Shown in pieces: positions 24,886 through 33,626 of a stretch of DNA of 41,270 nucleotides. Position numbers and translations under genes: made by a program. This stretch comes from a virus (lineage: Duplodnaviria; Caudoviricetes), in IMG/VR virus record IMGVR_UViG_3300035662_000055, positions 1 through 41,270 of that record, one strand, 5' to 3'. The notes below the pieces were generated by a model. The model had not been told where the DNA came from and did no database searches. It worked only from the letters and a program-made list of their open reading frames with translations. Each line of letters begins with the position of its first letter. The stretch's first letter is position 1.

Positions 24886-26598
24886 ATGAGCGAGTACACC
24901 GGAGACAATCAGTCGTATCCCGGCGCTCCCACGCGGGATCGACTGTTCACCCGGTGGGGCCAGCTCAAGAGCGAGCGTGCATCCTGGTACGCGCACTGGC
25001 AGGAACTCACCTCCTACATCCTGCCGCGCAATGGTCGCTACTTCCGGCAGGACCGCGACCGCGGCTACCGCCGCCACAACAACATCTACGACTCAACCGG
25101 CACCCGCGCCCTGCGCGTCCTCGGTGCTGGCATGATGTCGGGCGCGACCTCGCCGGCACGGCAGTGGTTCCGCCTTGCCACGCCGGACCCGGAGCTCAAC
25201 TCGTACGACCCGGTCAAGCTCTGGCTCGATGACGTGACCAAGCGCATGCAGCGCGTGTTCCAGAAGTCGAACACCTACAACGCGCTGCATCAGATGTACG
25301 AGGAGCTCGGCACGTTCGGCACCGCAGCCACCATCCTGCTCCCCGACTACCAGAGCGTCATCCACCACTACCCGCTGACCTGCGGCGAGTACTGCATCTC
25401 AACCGACGCAAAGGGCCGCGTCTGCACGTTGTACCGCGAGTTCGAGATGACCGTCTCGCAGGTGGTCAAGGAGTTCGGCCTTGAGAAGTGCAGCGTGTCG
25501 GTGCAGAACATGTACCGCACCGGGAACCTTGACCAGTGGGTGCCCGTGATCCACGCCATCGAGCCTCGCGCCGACCGCGACATCGGCAAGCGCGACGCCA
25601 AGAACATGCCGTGGGGTTCGTATTACTTCGAGGTCGGCGGCGAGGAAGGCGTGTTCCTGCGCGAGAGCGGGTTCCAGTACTTCCCGGCGCTCTGCCCGCG
25701 CTGGTCGGTAGTTGGCGGCGACATCTACGGCAACAGCCCTGGCATGGAGGCGCTCGGAGACATCAAGCAACTCCAACACGAGCAGCTCCGCAAGGCGCAG
25801 GCCATCGACTACCAGACCAAGCCGCCGCTTCAGGTGCCGGCGTCCATGAAGAACCGCGACGTGGAGACGCTCCCGGGCGGAGTGTCGTACTACGACGGGC
25901 AGTCCAACGGGATCAAGACCGCGTTCGAGGTCAACCTGAACCTCCAGTACCTGCTGAACGACATCATGGACTGCCGCGAGCGCGTGCGTGGTTCGTTCTA
26001 CGCCGACCTGTTCCTGATGCTCGCCAATACCCCGAACACCCGCATGACTGCCACCGAGGTCGCCGAGCGCCACGAGGAGAAGCTCCTCATGCTCGGCCCG
26101 GTCCTTGAGCGCCTGCATAACGAGCTGCTTTCGCCGCTCGTGGACATCACGTTCACGCGCATGGTGGCGTCTGGGGCATTGCCGCCGGCACCGCAGGAAT
26201 TGCAGGGAATGGACCTAAACGTGGAGTTCGTCAGCATGCTGGCGCAGGCGCAGCGTGCCATCGGCACCAACGCCGTGGACCGCTTCGTCGGGAACCTCGG
26301 GGCCATCGCCCGCATGAAGCCCGACATCCTCGACAAGTTCGATCAGGACCAGTGGGCCGACGTATACGCCGACATGCTCGGCGTGGACCCGTCGCTCATC
26401 ATCGCCGACAAGGAAGTCGCGCTCCTGCGCGACGCCCGCAATCAGGCGATGGCTGCGAAGGAACAGGCAGCCGCGCTTCAGCAGACCTCGCAGAGCGTCA
26501 AGAACATGGCGCAGGCACCGACTGGGCAGCAGAACGCACTCACCGACGTGATGAACATGTTCTCGGGGTACGGCTCGCCCTCTGGTGTTGAGGTCTAA
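24886..26598 (+). CDS. Portal (head-to-tail connector, T7 gp8 / BPP-1 type)
   Basis: PRW....DIYG.SPG..ALGD, MTATEVAER.EEK...LGPVLERL; 570 aa. Confidence 0.93.
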   Translation: MSEYTGDNQSYPGAPTRDRLFTRWGQLKSERASWYAHWQELTSYILPRNGRYFRQDRDRGYRRHNNIYDSTGTRALRVLGAGMMSGATSPARQWFRLATPDPELNSYDPVKLWLDDVTKRMQRVFQKSNTYNALHQMYEELGTFGTAATILLPDYQSVIHHYPLTCGEYCISTDAKGRVCTLYREFEMTVSQVVKEFGLEKCSVSVQNMYRTGNLDQWVPVIHAIEPRADRDIGKRDAKNMPWGSYYFEVGGEEGVFLRESGFQYFPALCPRWSVVGGDIYGNSPGMEALGDIKQLQHEQLRKAQAIDYQTKPPLQVPASMKNRDVETLPGGVSYYDGQSNGIKTAFEVNLNLQYLLNDIMDCRERVRGSFYADLFLMLANTPNTRMTATEVAERHEEKLLMLGPVLERLHNELLSPLVDITFTRMVASGALPPAPQELQGMDLNVEFVSMLAQAQRAIGTNAVDRFVGNLGAIARMKPDILDKFDQDQWADVYADMLGVDPSLIIADKEVALLRDARNQAMAAKEQAAALQQTSQSVKNMAQAPTGQQNALTDVMNMFSGYGSPSGVEV

Positions 26599-26600
26599 CA

Positions 26601-26632
26601 GTACCCGTAAGCATTAGCCACAGGGATACAGT
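26601..26632 (+). promoter_or_regulatory. Putative late promoter GTACCCGTA-N17-TACAGT
   Basis: Third copy, intergenic; GTG start 6 nt after the -10. Confidence 0.78.
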
Positions 26633-26638
26633 CCCGCC

Positions 26639-26977
26639 GTGAGCAATTACGACCCCCTCGACCTGCGGGGCCAGGAGCGCGACAGAGCCGACAAAGAGCT
26701 CCGTGAGCGTCTGGAACGGCAGAACGAGGAGGCCGACGTGAAGTGGCTCATGTCCAGCAAGCGAGGCCGTCGCATTGTGTGGCGGCTGCTGGACCAGGCG
26801 GGCGTGTTCCGCAGTTCCTTCAACACCAACGCGATGTCGATGGCATTCGCGGAGGGCGGCAGGAACTACGGGCTACGAATGCTCGGCATGGTCCATGCGC
26901 TCTGCCCGGAGCAATACCCGGCAATGATGAAGGAACAGGCACACGATGAACGAACCAACGATGATGGAAACGGCTGA
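26639..26977 (+). CDS. Bbp19-like conserved head-region protein
   Basis: D.KWLMS...GRR..WRLL..AGVF....AF.EG.RN.GL. Confidence 0.8.
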   Translation: MSNYDPLDLRGQERDRADKELRERLERQNEEADVKWLMSSKRGRRIVWRLLDQAGVFRSSFNTNAMSMAFAEGGRNYGLRMLGMVHALCPEQYPAMMKEQAHDERTNDDGNG

Positions 26978-27641
26978 AACCAACACGACAGCCGCTCCCG
27001 CATCCGATGCTGCCGCAGTTGTCTCGGCGACGGCCGAGAAGCTCTACGGCAGCGAGCAGAAGGCGACCACGACCCAGGGCCGGCAAGCCGCGGATGCGGC
27101 CGCTGCCGGCAAGGCTCCTGAAGCCAACGACGCCAAGGCCGCCGAGGCACCAGCCGACGCCAAGCCGACCGCGCCGGAAACCTACGAGTTCAAGGCACCG
27201 GAGGGTCGAACGTTCGACTCCGAGGTCATTGCCGAGTACTCGAAGGTGGCGAAGGAGCTGAACCTGTCGCAGGAAGCCGCGCAGCGCGTCCTTGACGCAG
27301 TCGGCCCCAAGCTGGCTGAACGTCAGGCGGCGCAGATCGAGGCCGTCCGCACCGGATGGGCCGACAGCAGCAAGGCCGACAAGGAGTTTGGCGGCGAGCG
27401 TCTGTCGGAGAACCTGTCCGTGGCGAAGAAGGCGCTCGATGCGTTCGGCACCTCCGAACTCCGCAGCCTGCTCAACGAGTCCGGCCTCGGGAACCACCCG
27501 GAAGTGATCCGGTTCATGTTCCGCGCCGGGAAGGCGATCAGCGAGGACAGCATGGTCACGGGCAACAAGGGCGAAGCCAGACCGGCCGGACCCCGCTCGT
27601 TCAATGACCTCGCCGACGCCCTGTACTCCACTAGCACCTAA
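26946..27641 (+). CDS. Capsid scaffolding-type protein
   Basis: Disordered Ala-rich N-terminus, APETYEF, AKELNLSQE.AQ, GLGNHPE, ISED; directly precedes the major capsid gene. Confidence 0.8.
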   Translation: MNEPTMMETAETNTTAAPASDAAAVVSATAEKLYGSEQKATTTQGRQAADAAAAGKAPEANDAKAAEAPADAKPTAPETYEFKAPEGRTFDSEVIAEYSKVAKELNLSQEAAQRVLDAVGPKLAERQAAQIEAVRTGWADSSKADKEFGGERLSENLSVAKKALDAFGTSELRSLLNESGLGNHPEVIRFMFRAGKAISEDSMVTGNKGEARPAGPRSFNDLADALYSTST

Positions 27642-27662
27642 ACCCACGAAAGGGAAACCACA

Positions 27663-28685
27663 ATGGCAGTTCTTTCCAGCACCAACCTGACGCTCGCCGA
27701 TTGGGCGAAGCGCACCGATCCCGAGGGCCGTGTTCCGGTCATCGCGGAACTCCTCTCCCAGTCGAACGAGATCCTCGAGGACTGCGTGTTCAAGGAGGGC
27801 AACCTGCCCACCGGCGAGCGCGTCGTGATCCGCACCGGCCTCCCGGCCGTGTACTGGCGCGCCCTCAACCAGGGCATCCCGAACAGCAAGAGCACGACTG
27901 CCCAGGTCGATGAGGCCTGCGGCATCCTTGAGGCTCGCAGCGAGGTCGATAAGGATCTCGCCATGCTGAACGGCAACACCTCGCAGTTCCGCCTGTCCGA
28001 GGACGTGGCATTCCTCGAAGCCATGAACCAGACGCAGGCGACCACGATGTTCTATGGCAACCCCGCCATCGAGCCGAAGTCGTTCCTCGGCCTCGCGGCG
28101 CGGTACTCGGCGGCCCCCGGCTCGTCGGGCATCGGTCAGAACATCATTGAAGGCGGCGGCACCAGCACCGACAACACCTCGGTGTACCTCGTTGTCTGGG
28201 GCGACAACACCGTCTACTGCCCGTTCCCGAAGGGTTCGACGGCCGGCCTGATGCACGAGGATCTCGGCGAGCAGACCGTCTATGACGGCAACAACCGTCT
28301 CCAGGCTTACGCCACCCGTTATCAGTGGAAGAACGGTCTGGTCGTGAAGGACTGGCGCTACGTTGTCCGCATCGCCAACATCGACGTGAGCGATCTCGTT
28401 GGTGTGACCGGAACGCAGGCCAATACCGCTGCGACCGACCTCGTGAAGCTCATGGCACGCGCCATGTACCGCATCCCGAACATGTCGATGGGCCGTGCTG
28501 CCTTCTACATGAACCGCACCGTCCATAGCGGACTTGCCGTGAAGGCAATGGATCGCAGCCAGAACGTTCTGGCCGTGAATCAGGGTCTGTCGCAGTTCGG
28601 TACCCCCTATTCGTGGCTGTCGTTCCTCGGCGTTCCGTGCCGCCGTGTCGATGCCCTCATCAACGCAGAAGCTCGCCTTACCTGA
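27663..28685 (+). CDS. Major capsid protein (BPP-1 Bbp17-like)
   Basis: TLADWAKR, RTGLP..WR.LN.G, W..GL.V.DWRYVVRIANID, F.GVP.R.VDA; 340 aa. Confidence 0.92.
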   Translation: MAVLSSTNLTLADWAKRTDPEGRVPVIAELLSQSNEILEDCVFKEGNLPTGERVVIRTGLPAVYWRALNQGIPNSKSTTAQVDEACGILEARSEVDKDLAMLNGNTSQFRLSEDVAFLEAMNQTQATTMFYGNPAIEPKSFLGLAARYSAAPGSSGIGQNIIEGGGTSTDNTSVYLVVWGDNTVYCPFPKGSTAGLMHEDLGEQTVYDGNNRLQAYATRYQWKNGLVVKDWRYVVRIANIDVSDLVGVTGTQANTAATDLVKLMARAMYRIPNMSMGRAAFYMNRTVHSGLAVKAMDRSQNVLAVNQGLSQFGTPYSWLSFLGVPCRRVDALINAEARLT

Positions 28686-28709
28686 TAGGTAAGAAAGAAA
28701 GGACACACA

Positions 28710-29228
28710 ATGATTCTTGACCAGAACCTCCGCCTCGGCAACACCGGGGCTATCACTTCGGCCGCCACGTACATCACCGGCACCAGCGGCACGCCGGACG
28801 TGGTCGATCTCCAGAGCAACACCGCCTACACCGCCACGGTGAGCGGCTCGCTCTACACGGTCGGCCAGGGCACCCAGAACCGAGACATCGGCGAGGGCCG
28901 CGACCTCTACGTGCTGTTCACCGTCACGACCGCCCTCGCGGGCGGCACGAACGCCACGTTCCAGGTGGTCGCCTCCTCGTCCTCCACGCTTGCCTCCGGC
29001 AACATCGTGGTCGGCGAGGTCGGCGTCATCACCACCGCGAACCTCGCTGCTGGCCGGCAGGTCGTGGTCCGCATCAGCCCGCAGCAAATCGCTGCTGCTG
29101 GCCTGCGATACCTCGGCGCGCAGGTCGTGACCACCGGCACCCACACCGCCGGCGTCATCAGCGCGGACATCGTCATGGACATCCAGGACGGTCGTGCGGT
29201 GTACGCGTCCGGCTTCACGGTCGCCTGA
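28710..29228 (+). CDS. Capsid cement protein (Bbp16-like)
   Basis: Follows the capsid gene; DL..RDIGEG..LY..V, RYL......GT.TAG.I.A.IV.D. Confidence 0.8.
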   Translation: MILDQNLRLGNTGAITSAATYITGTSGTPDVVDLQSNTAYTATVSGSLYTVGQGTQNRDIGEGRDLYVLFTVTTALAGGTNATFQVVASSSSTLASGNIVVGEVGVITTANLAAGRQVVVRISPQQIAAAGLRYLGAQVVTTGTHTAGVISADIVMDIQDGRAVYASGFTVA

Positions 29229-29240
29229 TAGGAGCTATCC

Positions 29241-29444
29241 ATGCCGAAGGTCAAGGCCAAGATTCTCTGCTTCGTGGACAACGGGCTGCGCCAGCCCGGA
29301 GACGTGTTCGAGTACAAGGGACCGCGCAACCATCACCTCGAGTATCTCGAGGAAGTGGAAGCGGAACCGGAGCCGACCGTTTCCGACGCTCCGCCTCGCC
29401 GTCTCCGCAAAGGCAAGGTGGCCGAAACCGCAGGCACGGAGTGA
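29241..29444 (+). CDS. Small hypothetical protein
   Basis: AGGAG SD; F....LR.PGDVFEY.G. Confidence 0.7.
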   Translation: MPKVKAKILCFVDNGLRQPGDVFEYKGPRNHHLEYLEEVEAEPEPTVSDAPPRRLRKGKVAETAGTE

Positions 29445-29466
29445 GCTTGTAACGAGTTAGTGAACA

Positions 29467-29516
29467 GGGAGGGGCGTCGGCGGGAAACCACGGCGCCCCT
29501 CCCGTCCTACGGGAGG
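29467..29516 (+). promoter_or_regulatory. Strong hairpin after capsid genes, with an alternative SD-sequestering hairpin
   Basis: GGGAGGGGCGTCG...CGGCGCCCCTCCC (29467-29503) overlaps CCTCCCGT-CCT-ACGGGAGG (29498-29516). Confidence 0.6.
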
Positions 29517-29526
29517 AGCGAATAAT

Positions 29527-30207
29527 TTGCCATCGGTCGTGGAAATCTGCAATCTCGCCCTCGCGCACCTCGGGGACGATGCGACCGTCGCCAGCATCGA
29601 CCCGCCGGAGGGATCAGCGCAGGCCGAGCACTGCGCCCGGTTCTACCCGAGCGCACGTGACATGCTCCTCCAGATGCACACGTGGTCGTTCGCATCGCGG
29701 CGCGTCAGCCTCGCGCAGGTGACGATGCCGTACACCATGTGGAAGTATTCCTACGCATGCCCCGGTGACATGATGACCGCCGTGGCTGTGCTTCCGCCAG
29801 ACGCGGAGAACGACTACTCCGTCCGCGCATACCCCGCCGACCGCTACGGCTTCGGATGGACGAACCCACCCATCACGACCGCCGGCGTGTACGTGCCGCA
29901 GGAATACGTGATTGAGACGGACACGCTCGGGAACAAGGTCATCTACACGAATCAAGAGAATGCGCTCCTGCGATATCAGGCGCTCGTGAGCGATTCGACC
30001 AAGTTCGACCCGCTGTTCACCATCGCGCTGTCGTGGCAGCTTGCGTCATTCCTCGCCGGCCCGGTCGTGAAGGGCGAGGAGGGTGCGCGTCAGGGGCAGC
30101 GATGCCTTCAGATGGTCGCCATCTACCTCGGACAGGCACGCGCATCAGACGCAAGCCAGCGCGACGTGAAGCCCGGTCACATCACCTCTTGGATTTCTGG
30201 ACGCTGA
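29527..30207 (+). CDS. Head-tail adaptor (T7 gp11-like), TTG start
   Basis: S.V.ICN.ALAHLG, RD.LL..H.W.FA, FDPLF..AL...LA..LA.P. Confidence 0.85.
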   Translation: MPSVVEICNLALAHLGDDATVASIDPPEGSAQAEHCARFYPSARDMLLQMHTWSFASRRVSLAQVTMPYTMWKYSYACPGDMMTAVAVLPPDAENDYSVRAYPADRYGFGWTNPPITTAGVYVPQEYVIETDTLGNKVIYTNQENALLRYQALVSDSTKFDPLFTIALSWQLASFLAGPVVKGEEGARQGQRCLQMVAIYLGQARASDASQRDVKPGHITSWISGR

Positions 30208-30208
30208 T

Positions 30209-32908
30209 ATGGCGCTGACCCGCACGTACACACGGTCCTTCGCGGGCGGCGAGGTGTCGCCCGAGATGTGGGGGCGGATCGATGACGTGAAGTTCCAGAC
30301 GGGCGCGGCGAAGTTGCTCAACTTCATCGCGCTGCCGCAGGGGCCGGCAGAGAACCGACCCGGCACGGCGTTCGTGCGCGAGGTCAAGGACAGCACGAAG
30401 CGCACGCGCCTGCTTCCGTTCACGTTCAGCACCACGCAGACGCTGGTGCTCGAGCTTGGCGCGGGGTACTTCCGGTTCCACACGCAGGGTGCGACGCTCG
30501 GTCCTGGGACGCCTGCCGCATACAACGGTGCCACGACTTATGCGGTCGGTGCTCTCGTCTCGTCTGGCGGAGTGAACTACTACTGCATTGCGGCGACCAC
30601 AGGCAACGCGCCTCCGAACGCCACATATTGGTACGCGCTTCCGGCAGGGATCTACGAGATCCCGAATCCCTACGCCGAGGCCGACCTGTTCGACATCCAC
30701 TACGTGCAGTCGGCTGACGTGCTGACGCTTGTCCATCCGAACTACGCACCGCGTGAGCTGCGCCGGCTGGGGGCAACCACGTGGACGCTGACTACGATTT
30801 CGTTTGCTTCGACCGTCACGTCACCGACAAGCGTGACGGTGACCGCAAATCGAGGCGAAGCGCTTGACCTCATCGGATTCACTTCCGCGAATCCAGGCGT
30901 CGCACATACGACCGCACCGCATGGATTGTCGGTTGGAGATCCGGTCTACCTTGATGGCGGAACGTGGACGAATCCATTCCCTGATGACTACTACATCGTT
31001 TCTCACATAAGTGCCGGAGACAAGTTCCGCGTCCGCACATACAGCAGCGGAATCGAACTTGATACGACATCCTATGGAACGTGGTCGAGCGGCGGATATG
31101 TCCAGTTCGGCGACAAGGCGCTTGACTTCACCAGTTACTACGTTGTCACCACGGTCGCTCCGAACGGTATTGACGAGAGTGCGCCGAGTTCCGCGGCGAC
31201 TGCGAACAACAACCTGAACGCGCAGGGATCGAGCAATACAATTACGTGGTCTGCTGTGTCAGGAGCTGCTCGTTACAACATCTACAAGCGCCAGAACGGA
31301 CTGTACGGCCTGATCGGACAGACCGACCTCACGACATTCACCGACAACAACATCGGGCCGGACCTCGGAATTACTCCTCCAATCGTCGATACGGTATTTG
31401 CGTCAAGCGGAAACTACCCTGGTGCAGTCAGTTACTTTGAGCAGCGCCGCGTGTTTGCCGGCACGACGAATGCGCCGCAGACGCTGTGGATGACGCGCAC
31501 TGGCACCGAGAGCGACATCTCGTACCACATCCCGCTTCTTGACACCGACCGCATTGCATTTCGTGTCGCTGCCCGCGAGGCCAATACGATCCGCCACCTC
31601 GTCCCGCTGACGCAGCTGCTCGCGCTGACGAGCGCCGCCGAGTGGCGCGTGAGCCCGGTGAACAGCGACGTGATCTCGCCGACCACGATCTCGGTGCGTC
31701 CGCAGTCCTACGTCGGTGCGAACAACGTGCAGCCGTCCATCGTGAACAACACGGTGGTGTACTGCTCTGCCAGAGACGGCCACGTGCGCGAGCTTGGCTA
31801 TTCCTGGCAGGCGAGCGGGTTCGTGACTGGTGACCTGTCGATCAGGGCCACGCACCTGTTCGACAATTTCGACATCACGGACATGTGCTACAGCAAGGCT
31901 CCGCAGCCGCTGCTGTGGTTCATCTCGAGCACGGGAAGCATGCTCGGACTGACGTACATCCCCGAACAGCAGATCGGTGCATGGCACCAGCACGAAACGG
32001 ATGGCGACTTTGAGTCGTGCGCGGCCGTGGCCGAGGGTGCCGAGGACCGTCTGTACGTCATCGTCAAGCGGACCATCGGTGGCAACACGAAGCGATACGT
32101 GGAGCGGTTCGCAAGCCGGCAGGTCGGCGAGTTGAAGGACTGCTTCTTCGTGGACAGCGGCCTGACCTACAACGGAACGAACACGACTGCCACCACGGTC
32201 ACGGTAACGGGCGGCACGACTTGGGGTCCGGCCGACGTGCTGACGATTACAGCGAGCAGCGCCATCTTCCAGTTCCCGGCGACCACCGACGTGGGCGACG
32301 CCATCGTCCTGACCGATGCCAACGGAAACACCTATCGCCTGACGATCCTGTCCACGACCTCCACGACGGTCGCTACGGCCCGAACGGACCTCATCCTGCC
32401 TGTGGCCCTGCGCGGGGTGGCGACGGCTGTGTGGGCGTTTGCACGCGACACGGTGGCCGGCCTGACGCACCTCGATGGCAAGACGGTCAGCATCCTTGCT
32501 GACGGAGCGGTTATGCCGCAGGTCACGGTGACGGGTGGGGTGGCCGTGTTGCAGCGGCCGTCCGTGGTCGTGCATGTCGGTCTGCCCTACGTCAGCGACC
32601 TCGAGACGCTGCCGATGGCGCTCCAGATGGAGGCGTTCGGGCAGGGCCGCGCAAAGAACGTCAACGAGGCATTCCTGCGCGTATATCGCTCGAGCGGAAT
32701 CTTCGTCGGCCCCGACGCCGACAATCTCGTCGAGGCCAAGCAGCGCACCACGGAGCCATACGGCTCGCCGCCTGGGCTCAAGACGGACGAGATCGGCGTG
32801 AAGCTCACGCCCACGTGGCGGCAGGCGGGGCGCGTCTACGTGCGGCAGTCGGACCCGCTCCCGCTGACCATCGTTGGGCTGACCCTTGAAGTGAGCATCG
32901 GAGGCTGA
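30209..32908 (+). CDS. Tail nozzle / tubular protein B (T7 gp12-like)
   Basis: SFAGGE.SP...GR.D, QG....RPGT.FV, YP..V.YFEQR..FAG, AWH.H.TDG, Q..PLP.TI; 899 aa. Confidence 0.9.
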   Translation: MALTRTYTRSFAGGEVSPEMWGRIDDVKFQTGAAKLLNFIALPQGPAENRPGTAFVREVKDSTKRTRLLPFTFSTTQTLVLELGAGYFRFHTQGATLGPGTPAAYNGATTYAVGALVSSGGVNYYCIAATTGNAPPNATYWYALPAGIYEIPNPYAEADLFDIHYVQSADVLTLVHPNYAPRELRRLGATTWTLTTISFASTVTSPTSVTVTANRGEALDLIGFTSANPGVAHTTAPHGLSVGDPVYLDGGTWTNPFPDDYYIVSHISAGDKFRVRTYSSGIELDTTSYGTWSSGGYVQFGDKALDFTSYYVVTTVAPNGIDESAPSSAATANNNLNAQGSSNTITWSAVSGAARYNIYKRQNGLYGLIGQTDLTTFTDNNIGPDLGITPPIVDTVFASSGNYPGAVSYFEQRRVFAGTTNAPQTLWMTRTGTESDISYHIPLLDTDRIAFRVAAREANTIRHLVPLTQLLALTSAAEWRVSPVNSDVISPTTISVRPQSYVGANNVQPSIVNNTVVYCSARDGHVRELGYSWQASGFVTGDLSIRATHLFDNFDITDMCYSKAPQPLLWFISSTGSMLGLTYIPEQQIGAWHQHETDGDFESCAAVAEGAEDRLYVIVKRTIGGNTKRYVERFASRQVGELKDCFFVDSGLTYNGTNTTATTVTVTGGTTWGPADVLTITASSAIFQFPATTDVGDAIVLTDANGNTYRLTILSTTSTTVATARTDLILPVALRGVATAVWAFARDTVAGLTHLDGKTVSILADGAVMPQVTVTGGVAVLQRPSVVVHVGLPYVSDLETLPMALQMEAFGQGRAKNVNEAFLRVYRSSGIFVGPDADNLVEAKQRTTEPYGSPPGLKTDEIGVKLTPTWRQAGRVYVRQSDPLPLTIVGLTLEVSIGG

Positions 32909-32909
32909 T

Positions 32910-33623
32910 ATGAGCATGTTCGGATTGAGTCCAGCGATGCAGATGGCAACGAACTTCCCGGTTCAGAGCCGTGCAGTTGGCACGATGCTTGGCGGGCCGA
33001 CGCCATCTGGCCCTGGGTTCGCATCGCAGTTCGCCAGTGCCATGACGGTCGCTGGCCCCATCGCGGGCATCTTCGGGTCGATTACGGGCGCCATCGGCTC
33101 GTTCTACGCTGCACAGAGCCAGCAGAACCAACTCAAGATGCAGGCCCAGAACCAGCGGTTCGCGGCCGAGATGGGGCGGATCAACCAGCGTGCCGCCGAG
33201 TTCACGGCAGGGCAGATCGGCCGCGAGGGCGCGGCTCGGTTCGGGCAGTACTCCATGCGGGCGGGGCAGGCGCGTGCAAGCGCACAGGCCGCACTCGCTT
33301 CCCGTGGTGCCGTCCTCGGCGCAGGCAGCGCAAAGGAGATCATCGGCAGCATGGATCTCGTCAAGGAGATCGACCGCCTGAACATCAACGCCGCCACCGT
33401 GCGCGAGCAGGAGGCGGCCCGCCTGCGGGCGTTCAACATCGGGGTCGGTGCCACGATGGCCGACATCTCCGCGCAGAACCTACAGGCGACCGCCGGCACG
33501 ATCTACCCCGGCCTCGCGCTCGGGACGAGCCTCCTCGGCAGCGCCACCGACATTGCCACCACCTGGGCCCGCAACCGCCGCATCGAGGAGCTGCTCGAGG
33601 GCGTGTCCACGCAGAGGATCTGA
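32910..33623 (+). CDS. Internal virion protein (gp14-like position)
   Basis: Gly/Ala-rich hydrophobic segments with a Gln-rich helical middle; follows the nozzle. Confidence 0.75.
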   Translation: MSMFGLSPAMQMATNFPVQSRAVGTMLGGPTPSGPGFASQFASAMTVAGPIAGIFGSITGAIGSFYAAQSQQNQLKMQAQNQRFAAEMGRINQRAAEFTAGQIGREGAARFGQYSMRAGQARASAQAALASRGAVLGAGSAKEIIGSMDLVKEIDRLNINAATVREQEAARLRAFNIGVGATMADISAQNLQATAGTIYPGLALGTSLLGSATDIATTWARNRRIEELLEGVSTQRI

Positions 33624-33626
33624 CCC

